Part shown: one piece after another, positions 20,427 through 29,296 of the stretch
Position numbering within the stretch: position 1 is the first letter of the stretch
Layout: each line of letters begins with the position of its first letter
NCBI GenBank assembly: GCA_016699935.1
Contig: CP064992.1
Coordinates: 1,050,001 to 1,082,000, forward strand
Reading direction: 5' to 3'
From: Candidatus Saccharimonadota bacterium
Lineage (GTDB): Bacteria > Patescibacteriota > Saccharimonadia > Saccharimonadales > UBA4665
DNA: 32,000 nucleotides
Made by a program: the position numbers and the translations under genes
The notes under the pieces: model-generated
The model's database searches: none
Told to the model about the DNA's origin: nothing
What the model saw: only the letters and a program-made list of their open reading frames with translations

Positions 20427-20445
20427 TGGCAGGGGCACGTGGAAT
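20427..20445. repeat. perfect 19-bp direct repeat of the tRNA-Trp 3' end (att-like)
   Basis: TGGCAGGGGCACGTGGAAT at 20427..20445 is identical to 20609..20627, which covers the CCA, the acceptor 3' strand and part of the T arm on the antisense strand. Confidence 0.7.
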
Positions 20446-20581
20446 ACTTTGTATAGCCTTGCATTGTGCTCGGAACAAGATTCCTGCGCGCAATGCTTCG
20501 TTATCGAACACACGATCTACGCATCTTGCTTTGCAATCTGCTAGATCGTGGTTCGACTCAGCATACCTATAACACGAAAAA

Positions 20582-20606
20582 AGACCAGCAGATGCTGATC
20601 TTTCTT
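20582..20606. terminator. weak hairpin flanked by A6 and a T-rich tract, just 3' of tRNA-Trp
   Basis: AAAAAA-GACCAGCA-GA-TGCTGATC-TTTCTT. The stem has one mismatch and a tight loop. Confidence 0.3.
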
Positions 20607-20608
20607 CG

Positions 20609-20683
20609 TGGCAGGGGCACGTGGAATTGAACCACGATCTAAGGTTTTGGAGACCTTTATACTGACCGTTGTACTATGCCCCT
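20609..20683 (-). tRNA. tRNA-Trp(CCA), CCA encoded
   Basis: Reverse complement: AGGGGCATAGTACAACGGTCAGTATAAAGGTCTCCAAAACCTTAGATCGTGGTTCAATTCCACGTGCCCCTGCCA. Acceptor AGGGGCA/TGCCCCT, anticodon loop CTCCAAA. Confidence 0.9.
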
Positions 20684-20767
20684 TCGGCTAAGAACAGATA
20701 TGATTATACTGGTGAGTGGGCTTTTTTCCAATGGTTCAATTGGACGGTAAGCGTTATACTAGCTATT

Positions 20768-21442
20768 ATGAACTTTTCAACTGATAAAGCAGACAAGGCA
20801 GCAGAAAACATCTACCAACAATTTGCCAAGGCGATAGGTAGTGGCAAAAACACATTGTGGTTGATATCCGGTGGTTCAGCTATTAACTTACAGGTAGCGA
20901 TAATGCGCCGTCTACACCAAACATTACCAGATAAATTATCACTTTTAACTATATTACCTGTCGATGAGCGGTTTGGTCCAGTAGGCCACGAAAACTCAAA
21001 CACTAGCCAAATGAAAGCATCTGGTTTCGAACCAGCCGATGCCCAGTGGTACGACGTTCTAGCAGAAAACTTACCGATGTCGGAAACGGTCGCATTGTAC
21101 GCCGGATTGGCCGAAGATGCATTTGCCAGTGCAGAAGTAGTTATTGCAACCTTATTGATGGGTGCAGATGGCCACACGGCAGGTATTTTACCTGGGAGCC
21201 CCGCTATAACAGATACGACTTCCACCGCGGTTGGTTATGAGTGGTCGGACTTCACAAGGCTTACACTCGGAGTAACCATGCTGCTCAAGATTGACCAAGC
21301 GTACATACTGGCTTACGGCGACTCGAAAAAGAAAGCTTTAAACAGGCTAAAAGACAACTCTGAACCCATAGAAGCTCTGCCTGCCAAACTTCTTTATGAC
21401 ATTGCCGAGGTTACCGTTTATAATGATTATATAAATACGTGA
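20768..21442 (+). CDS. pgl: 6-phosphogluconolactonase
   Basis: In ORF 20669..21442. I prefer ATG 20768 (MNFSTDKADKAAENIYQQF...) because the upstream part overlaps tRNA-Trp. Motifs: LISGGSAINL, LPVDERFGP, MGADGHTAGILPGSP. Confidence 0.75.
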   Translation: MNFSTDKADKAAENIYQQFAKAIGSGKNTLWLISGGSAINLQVAIMRRLHQTLPDKLSLLTILPVDERFGPVGHENSNTSQMKASGFEPADAQWYDVLAENLPMSETVALYAGLAEDAFASAEVVIATLLMGADGHTAGILPGSPAITDTTSTAVGYEWSDFTRLTLGVTMLLKIDQAYILAYGDSKKKALNRLKDNSEPIEALPAKLLYDIAEVTVYNDYINT

Positions 21443-21454
21443 GGGACAAATAAG

Positions 21455-22375
21455 ATGAAACTAGCGATTCACGGCTTGGGCCGCATGGGGATGCAGATAG
21501 CACGCAAACTGGCCGAAAGTGGTCAGCACGAAGTGATTGCCTACAACAGAAGTCACGAACCCATAGAAGAAGCTGTCGGCTATGGGGCAATTGCAGCCTA
21601 CACTGCCGAAGAAGTGGTCGCAGCCTTCAGTGGAGAGCAAGCCGTGGTATGGGTTATGCTGCCAGCCGAGATTACAGATGGGGTTGTCATGGAATGGGCA
21701 GGTCGACTACCTGGTGGTTCAATCATCATCAACGGTGGTAACTCCGATTTTCGTAAAACCAAAGAGCTAAATGAGTCTGTCAAAGCAAAAGGCATGCACT
21801 TTGTAGATATTGGCGTCAGTGGCGGCGTTTGGGGCTATCAAAACGGTTTTCCGCTAATGTGCGGCACAGATGAAGCTCAGGCTTTTACGGTAATCGAACC
21901 AGCGCTCCAAACACTAGTCAAACCCGGTGGTATGTATTATCATTTCGGTCCAAGTGGGGCTGGACACTACGTAAAAATGGTCCATAACGCCATTGAGTAC
22001 GGCATGATGCAAAGTCTGGGCGAAGGCTTTCGTATGTTGCACGACGGTCCGTACAAAGTTATGAACCTGGCAGCTGCAGCAGATCTCTGGCAGCACCACA
22101 GTGTGATTACTAGTTGGCTAACTGAACTCAGTCGTGACGCTTTAGCTGAAAACCCTGAGCTAGAAGGAATATCTGGTTATGTGGCCGAAAGTGGTGAGGC
22201 TCGCTGGACACTGGAAGCCGCCAAAGATATGGGTATAGATTTGCCGGCTATTCAAGCAGCCTTTGATGTTCGTTTGCGTTCTCAACAGGGAGAGACAAAT
22301 TTTGCGACCAAAGTCGTCGCCGCCCAGCGCAATAAGTTTGGCGCCCATAATCTCAATGGCGAAGGCAAAGCATGA
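21455..22375 (+). CDS. gnd: 6-phosphogluconate dehydrogenase, decarboxylating, short (about 300 aa, YqeC/GntZ-like) form
   Basis: Intact 306-aa ORF: N-terminal Rossmann GLGRMG, VDIGVSGGVWG, GAGHYVKMVHNAIEYGMMQ. Confidence 0.8.
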   Translation: MKLAIHGLGRMGMQIARKLAESGQHEVIAYNRSHEPIEEAVGYGAIAAYTAEEVVAAFSGEQAVVWVMLPAEITDGVVMEWAGRLPGGSIIINGGNSDFRKTKELNESVKAKGMHFVDIGVSGGVWGYQNGFPLMCGTDEAQAFTVIEPALQTLVKPGGMYYHFGPSGAGHYVKMVHNAIEYGMMQSLGEGFRMLHDGPYKVMNLAAAADLWQHHSVITSWLTELSRDALAENPELEGISGYVAESGEARWTLEAAKDMGIDLPAIQAAFDVRLRSQQGETNFATKVVAAQRNKFGAHNLNGEGKA

Positions 22376-22526
22376 TTTACTCTAATGACCAGTGCACGAG
22401 CACCAAAACCCAATCAATGACTAAATACCCGAATTTTCGAATGAACTCCCTGTGGTTCTCAGGATATTTGGTTACTGCTTGGTCATTCAGGTACAGCAAT
22501 TTGGGCTTTTACAGAGGAGTATCTGT

Positions 22527-23914
22527 ATGAATGATTATCTTGATAGGCCAATCATCCTTATCATATTCGGTATAACCGGAGACTTGTCGCAGCGGAAGCT
22601 CTTGCCCGCTCTTTATCACCTCATCAAGCACAGACAGTTGCCTGAAAACGTCACCATCATTGGTGTAAGCCGAAAGAAAATTCCTGTCTCAGAGGTGTAC
22701 GAGGATCTCAAGACTAAAATTCACGGCGAAGATTACGACCGAGTCGTCGTGGAGCAACTGCACGATGCCACGCGGATGGTGCAGGTGGATCTCGATAACC
22801 AAGATGATTATACGCGGCTTCTTGAAAAACTGCGTGTGATTTCTGATGAGCTGGGCTCAGGAGTTAGCCGACTGTATTACCTTTCGATCCCGTCACAAGC
22901 CTTTGTGAACGTTGTACATCACCTAGGCGAGACAAACCACCATGAGCCATTCGGGCAGGACGGCGAGCGGCCGCGACTACTGGTAGAGAAACCGTTTGGC
23001 TACGATGTAGCGTCAGCTGAAACGCTCGTGAGGGCGGCTGACGAGCATTTTGGCGAACAGCAAACATTCCGTATAGACCATTATCTTGCGAAAGAAACGG
23101 CTCAAAATATATTAACCTTTCGGTTTCAAAACCCGTTATTCCAGTCCATTTGGAATACACGGCACATCGAAAGTATCCAGATTGTGGCGCACGAAACCAT
23201 CGGCATAGAGAAGCGGTCGGTATTTTACGAACAAACAGGAGCCTTGCGTGATATCTTGCAAAGTCACCTCTTGCAACTGCTTGCGCTCATCACCATGGAA
23301 AAGCCTGCGGCGCTTGAGAGCCATGATATCCATAAAGCCAAGCTTCGCCTTCTTGAGAGATCGACACAATAACGCCTGAATCAGTTGAAACACTAGCGGT
23401 TCGAGGGCAATACGACAGCTACAAAACAGAGGTAGATAATCCTCATAGTCATGTTGAAACATTCGCGAGATTACACCTGAACATCGATAACGAGCAGTGG
23501 CGCGGCGTAAAAGTTACTATAGAAACCGGGAAAGCCCTTCATGAAAAATGTACCGAGATTATTGTGCGGTTTCGCGCTAACGAAGACGCACCTGGCACAA
23601 ACACACTGACATTCCGCGTGCAACCGCAAGAAGGCATTACCTTATCATTGCAGGCAAAGCGGCCAGGGCTTGCAAAAGAAACAGAAACCGTACGGATGGA
23701 TTTTGACTACGATCGAGCCTTTTATGGCTTGGCTGGGGAGGCTTACGAACGTGTTATCATCGATGCCGTGCGCGGTGACCAGTCACTCTTTGCCACCGCT
23801 CAAGAAGTACTAACTTCGTGGCGAATCGTTGAAAACGTCTTGCAAGCGTGGAAAGCAGACGGCAAAAATCTTCGTCTGTACCCTGTTGGCTCACCTGCTC
23901 ATGAAATTTTGTAA
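22527..23914 (+). pseudogene. zwf: glucose-6-phosphate 1-dehydrogenase; one frameshift
   Basis: AGAGGAG RBS followed by ATG 22527: MNDYLDRPIILIIFGITGDLSQRKLLPALYHL, RIDHYLAKE. A frame change near 23350..23356 (LRLLE / IDTITPESVETLAVRGQYDSYK...ETFARLHLNIDNEQWRGVKVTIETGKAL) continues through ORF 23564..23914. Confidence 0.85.
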
Positions 23915-23931
23915 TTAAATTGTAAAAATTC

Positions 23932-23961
23932 TTGCAATTCTGCTTGTGCTTGGTATAGAAT
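23932..23961 (+). promoter_or_regulatory. candidate sigma70-type promoter for the alpha-glucan cluster
   Basis: TTGCAA (23932..23937), a 16 to 18-nt spacer, then TGgTATAGAAT (23951..23961). It lies about 75 nt upstream of ATG 24037. Confidence 0.4.
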
Positions 23962-24036
23962 GGGCATATAATCAAAGTTGATAAAACAACAATGTTTTAA
24001 AAAGTTAAAAACAAGATTAAAAACAGAGAGACAGAC

Positions 24037-25280
24037 ATGAGGGTATTAATGCTTGGGTGGGAATTACCACCACATCATACCGGGGGGATGGGCGTAGTCT
24101 GTTACCAGATGTGCAAGCAATTAGCACGGACCGGTGCACAGATAGAGTTCGTATTGCCATACACCGCCGATTTTTCACACATTGACTTTATGAAAATAAA
24201 CCCTGCTCTTCCTGATAACGTCGAGGAGGTCATTGGTTCGCGTGCTGGTAGTACGTATGACAGTCAGTATTTTGAATACGTACTACGTGATGGCTCGACT
24301 CGTGGCGCCGCCATGAATGAGCACCAAGCAAACTATCTGCAATACGTATCACGACTTGTCGAGCTTGGGGACTATGATGTTATTCATGCCCACGACTGGT
24401 TAACCTTTAGAGCGGCACTGGCGGCAAAGCAAGCCACTGGGCTGCCCTTGTTTGTACACATCCACTCGACTGAGTATGATCGTTCTGGGGGCAACAATGG
24501 GAATCCGTTGTTCGCGAGATTGAGTACATTGGACTACACCTTGCCGACAAAATTTTTGCAGTAAGCCAGGCTACCAAAGATACGATTGTCCGTGAATATG
24601 GCATCTCGCCCGATAAAATTGAAGTTGTACACAACGCTATGGAGTTTCAGGCGCATGAGCTCTACGAAGATACCTCAGACAATGCCTTTCGATATTTGAC
24701 TCGCATGCAACAAGCCGGTTACGGAGTAGTTGTTAGTGCTGGCCGTCTTACCATCCAGAAAGGACTGCCTCACTTGCTCAAAGCGTTTCGTATTGTGGTT
24801 GATGAGCGGCCTCAGAGCCTCTTGCTCATCGTTGGCCCGGGCGAACAGTACCATGAACTGATTGAGCTTTCAGCCGAACTTGGCCTCAGTGGCAATGTAA
24901 TTTTTACTGGGCATCTCAACGGTACGGGCAAACAGTGGCGTGACGCGTTTCGAGTAGGCAACCTGTTTGTTATGCCCAGCGTCTCTGAACCCTTTGGCTT
25001 AACACCGTTTGAGGCACTCGCGCAGCATACGCCAGCACTGATAAGTAAGCAGACAGGTGCAAGTGAAATCTTACACAGTGTTCTCAAGGTAGATTACTGG
25101 GACACCCAAGAAATGGCCAATAAGATTGTCGCCGTTCTGGGTCACAAAGAGCTGGAAGAAACTTTGGCAGAAGAAGGACACAGTGAACTCATGAAACAGA
25201 GCTGGCAACGCCCAGTTGAGACCGTGCTCGAGCACTACCATCGACACGCCAGTCAGCACAGGGAGCTTGCATATGTCTGA
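24037..25280 (+). pseudogene. glycosyltransferase (GT4/GT5-like, glycogen/alpha-glucan synthase type); one frameshift
   Basis: MRVLMLGWELPPHHTGGMGVVCYQMCKQLA.. Fragments 24037..24564 and 24639..25280 join near 24510 (GGNNGNPL / VREIEYIGLHLADKIFAVSQATKDTIVREYGI). The C-terminal part reads PSVSEPFGLTPFEAL. Confidence 0.75.
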
Positions 25281-26500
25281 ACAGAGCACCGACAAGCGGG
25301 CAATCGTATTATACCTACACGTACACCAACCGTTCCGCGTACGCCACTACACTATTTTCGATGCTGGTCGCAACCACGATTACTTTGACGCGCCAAGTGG
25401 TAGCCGTGAAAACAATGCCGATATTGTACGCAAAGTAGCGCACAAATCGTACGTGCCGACAAACGAACGCCTTATGCGCATGATTGAGCACAATCCGAAG
25501 TTTAAGCTTTCGCTCTCCATAACTGGCACCATCCTTGAGCAACTTGAGACCTATGCACCTGACGTCTTAAAAAGCTTTCAAGATCTGGTAGCGACTGGGC
25601 GTGTCGAGATTGTCGGTGAAACATACCACCATTCTGCTCGCGTTTTTCTACAACCGCGATGAGTTTGAGACCCAAGTACAAATGCACCGTGATATCGTTC
25701 GAAGGCTCTTTGGTGTTGAGACAACCGCGTTTCGAAATACCGAACTGAGTTACAATAATGATCTTGCCTATTGGGCAGACCAAGCTGGCTACAAGGCTAT
25801 ACTGAGCGAAGGCTGGGATCCAGTGCTTGGCTGGCGTAGCCCGAATTTCCTCTACCGTCCGGCTCACACCGAAAATGTGAAACTTCTCACGAAAAACTAC
25901 AAGCTCAGCGATGACATTGCGTTCCGGTTTAGTAACAAAGACTGGGAAGAATACCCAATGACCGTAGATAAGTTTATGAACTGGACAAAAGACTCCTGGG
26001 ATCAACCACTCCTCAACCTGTTCATGGATTATGAAACATTCGGCGAGCACCAGTGGGAAGATAGCGGCATATTCGACTTTTTGGAGCACCTACCTAAGGC
26101 CTGGCTTGAGAAAGAGGCTCACACCTTTATGACAGTGTCTGAAGCGGCAGACGCGTTTGAAGCCAAAGACACCGTGGACTGTCCGCAAACGGTTACCTGG
26201 GCAGACACCGAACGCGACTTGACCGCTTGGCTTGGCAACAAGATGCAACAAGGCGCCATCGCGAGTCTCTACGGATTGGCTGGACCGATGATGCAAAGTG
26301 GCGACTTTGCCCTCATCGAAGATTGGCGCAAGCTACAGACAAGCGACCATTTCTACTACATGTGCACGAAATACTTCAGTGATGGCGACGTCCACGCCTA
26401 CTTTAGCCCGTACGAAAGTCCGTATGAGGCATACATTGCATTCATAAATGCTTACCACGACCTAAAGTTCCGACTCACCGAGAAAGGTCTGCCGGTCTGA
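25273..26500 (+). pseudogene. glycoside hydrolase family 57 protein (alpha-amylase / alpha-glucan-processing type); one frameshift
   Basis: ATG 25273 overlaps the upstream stop (ATGTCTGA): MSEQSTDKRAIVLYLHVHQPFR... The frame changes near 25635 (VEIVGETYHHS / LLAFFYNRDEFETQVQMH), then ...FMDYETFGEHQW... Confidence 0.75.
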
Positions 26501-26611
26501 TGACACTAGGGTGGGTCGTTGCTCGATTTTGGAATTTTGGATTTGTTGTTTTGAGTTTATTTTGTATTTGGATTTTGGTGCTTGTTCATTTTCGCTCCAA
26601 CGGAGTTAGTC

Positions 26612-28537
26612 ATGGGTAGGCCTGTTATCCTGGGCAATGGTGCCCTGACTGTCGGGCTTAACGAATCGGGTCTTGTTCATGATTTTTACTATCCGTATGT
26701 TGGCCTCGATAATCTCACGACGTCACGGAGTGTCCAGCATCGCATAGGCGTATTTGTCGACGGCACGTTTTCTTGGGTCGACGACGGATCATGGATAACA
26801 CACGTCAACGTCGAACATGACGCACTCGTCAGCGATGTACAGCTTGCAAACGAAACACTCCACCTGACGCTTCGCCTGAGCGATTTTGTCGACACGACAT
26901 ATAATGCCTTTTGTAGAGATATTCGTGTTCAGAACATGTCCGACCAAACACGTGATATCCGGGTATTTCTCCACCAGGTATTCGAAATATCTCGTGGTGG
27001 CCGCGGTGACACCGCGCTGTATGTACCCGATGGGCCTTATATCCTTGATTACAAAGGCCGGTGCAGTCTACTTGTGTTTGCACGAAGTAGCGAAGGCACA
27101 CCGTTTGATCAATACTGCGTTGGAAATTATGGGATTGATGGAAAAGAAGGTAGCTGGCGCGATGCTGAAGACGGCGAGTTATCGGGTAATGCCGTCGAGC
27201 ATGGAGGTGTCGATTCGGTCATATCTTCTGTGGTTACAGTACCTGGCAACGGTGAATCGTCGGTAGAATACTGGGTCGCTGCTGCCGACTCGCAGTACAG
27301 TGCTGAAAAAATTCATGATCAACTGCTGACACACGGTTTAGCAGCCCGGCTTGAGAGCACCCGGAGTTGGTGGCAAAAATGGCTCCATACCGCCAAACCA
27401 TCACTCACCTCTGTTCCAGAACTCGAGCAGATAGCCATCAAACAATCGCTGATGGTCATAAAAGCACACACCGACCGTCGGGGAGGTATTATCGCCAGTT
27501 GTGACTCGAGCATCTATAACTACGGCCGTGACTACTACAGCTATGTCTGGCCGCGTGATGGTGCCTATGCGATGTGGCCGCTCATCAGGCTTGGCTACAC
27601 TGAGGAGCCAAAGAAGTTTTTGAGTTCTGCCGTGACATAATGAACCCAGATGGCTACATGATGCACAAATACCAGCCAGATAAAGCTATTGGTAGCACCT
27701 GGCACCCACTCGTACACGGAAAACGATCCGAGCTTGCCATTCAGGAAGATGAAACTGCGATTATCGTTTATCTCCTCGCAGAGTTCTACGAGGAGACCGA
27801 AGACAAAGAATTTGTCCAAAACCTGTATGAAACCATGATCCAGCCAATGGCAAATTTCATGTCCGACTTCAGAGATGATACAACCAAACTTCCCCCATGC
27901 CAGCTACGATCTGTGGGAGGAAAATTCCTAACCAACACATACACCACTGCCCTAGTGCATCGAGCACTCAGTACCGCGGCTGACCTTGCCGAGCTTTTTG
28001 AGTACCCAGATGACGCAGATAAGTGGCGTACGGTTGCTACTGACATAGCCGAAAACTGCCAAGTATTTATCGATCCGACGCGGGGTTTCTGCGAAAAGGG
28101 CTACCTACTCGATGACAACGGAGAACTCCAGTTTGATAATACCTCGATGTTTCAAGTGCATACGGCAGTATGATGTTTGCCACAAAGTCATTGGGGCTAC
28201 CAACATCCGTGCTACTTTTGATGGTATCGAGAATTTACCTTAACCAGTCATCAGTAGGCGGTAGCCCTCGCTATGAAAGCGATTCCTACTTCAGAGCTGA
28301 CCCAACGAGCATGGGTAATCCATGGTTTGTCACGACGCTCTGGATTGCACAGTACTACCTGCAGACCAACCGTGATGAAGAGGCACAGCGCTTAGTGGAT
28401 TGGACGCTCTCCCACGCACTTCCTAGTGGCGCACTAAGCGAACAAATTAATCCCAAAGACGGTAGCCCCGTTTCAGTACTCCTCTCGTATGGAGCCACGC
28501 CGAACTAATCAACACCATTCTGGATTTGCATAGCTAG
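26612..28537 (+). pseudogene. glycoside hydrolase family 15 (glucoamylase/glucodextranase-like); at least 7 indel events
   Basis: GGAG followed by ATG 26612: MGRPVILGNGALTVGLNESGLVHDFYYPYVG. Fragments 26582..27640, 27640..28173 and 28170..28508 are supplemented by alternate-frame stretches: KKFFEFCRDIMNPDGY (T5 run near 27616..27620), LPHASYDLWEEK (27892..27924), GATNIRATFDGIENL (about 28193..28245), and the tail TPLVWSHAELINTILDLHS* ending at 28537. Confidence 0.8.
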
Positions 28538-28617
28538 GTCATTGACAGCTTATCGCTGCCCGAAACTAAATGGCAACGTAAAATCAATAGCCGTATAAGG
28601 ACCATCCTACTATTTAA

Positions 28618-28829
28618 CTACCCGACTACTTCTTGGGTTTTACTTCGTTGCGACCGAGGTTTTTCTTTGGTTTCAGTGAAAACAACGTGCTTACGTAGTT
28701 TTTTACTGTATTTACCGGAGGCTCAGCTTCTCCGGAGTGTTCATTGTGTTCTTGCTTGTATAGTATATGCGCTCACCGGACTCTTCACCACGAGACCGAT
28801 TAGTTTGCGCTTTTCACCTTTTTTGCCAT
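28618..28829 (-). pseudogene. rpmG: 50S ribosomal protein L33; at least 3 frame changes in about 200 nt
   Basis: ATG 28829 gives MAKK / GEKRKLIGLV / [42 protein letters not shown].., read from three frames. The exact C-terminus is ambiguous: stops fall at 28618 or 28626 depending on frame. Confidence 0.7.
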
Positions 28830-28838
28830 ATGCCGTTC

Positions 28839-28867
28839 ATTCTAACAGATAAATCCATCCCTGTAAA
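28839..28867 (-). promoter_or_regulatory. sigma70-type promoter for rpmG (TTTACA, 17 nt spacer, TGtTAGAAT)
   Basis: On the reverse complement the -35 TTTACA is at 28867..28862, the spacer is 17 nt, and the extended -10 TGTTAGAAT is at 28847..28839. The ATG lies 9 nt downstream of the -10. Confidence 0.5.
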
Positions 28868-28978
28868 CCATATCTCCCACGAAATCCCACCCATATATCA
28901 ACGCGGTATATACCATACACGAACTTGAATGGAATATACCAGTATCTGGTATGGTGAATGTCTCAGTAACATACAAAA

Positions 28979-29005
28979 ATACCGAGTGATCGGCTCGGTA
29001 TTTTT
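28979..29005. terminator. bidirectional rho-independent terminator
   Basis: AAAA-ATACCGAG-TGATCGG-CTCGGTAT-TTTT. It lies downstream of the minus-strand tRNA cluster. Confidence 0.5.
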
Positions 29006-29213
29006 GCATCCTGCAGGAATATTGAGGAGGTTTTGGTAAACTTGTTCGCTAGTTTGGCTAACGATAGTTTACGAGGGTCTGACCGTTTAGGTTTGCTTTG
29101 TATTCACATTCCTCTTTGGTCAACATTTTGTAAGTGTTTCGGTTTTTTAACGCCGGAGCGCTTACCTCATGTACCATATCAAACCGATTATGTTTTGTCA
29201 AGAGCGGTACTCG

Positions 29214-29289
29214 TGGAGCCCCAAACGGGATTCGAACCCGTGACCTCATCCTTACCATGGATGCGCTCTACCAACTGAGCTATCGGGGC
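29214..29289 (-). tRNA. tRNA-Thr(GGT), CCA encoded
   Basis: Reverse complement: GCCCCGATAGCTCAGTTGGTAGAGCGCATCCATGGTAAGGATGAGGTCACGGGTTCGAATCCCGTTTGGGGCTCCA. Anticodon loop ATGGTAA. Confidence 0.9.
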
Positions 29290-29296
29290 ACACATG

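Larger units (their letters stand above)
18024..20445. mobile_element. about 2.4-kb tRNA-Trp-associated genomic islet (no integrase retained) carrying a two-gene cassette
   Basis: It is bounded by tRNA-3'-end-like repeats at 18024..18044 and 20427..20445, with the intact tRNA-Trp 160 bp further on. By eye it is more AT-rich than the flanks (not computed). The cargo genes are not housekeeping genes. Confidence 0.45.

Noticed and set aside
20320-20511. 63-aa minus-strand ORF across the att-like repeat.
   Set aside because: It spans the tRNA-derived repeat and spacer, has no RBS, and overlaps the end of the 526-aa gene.
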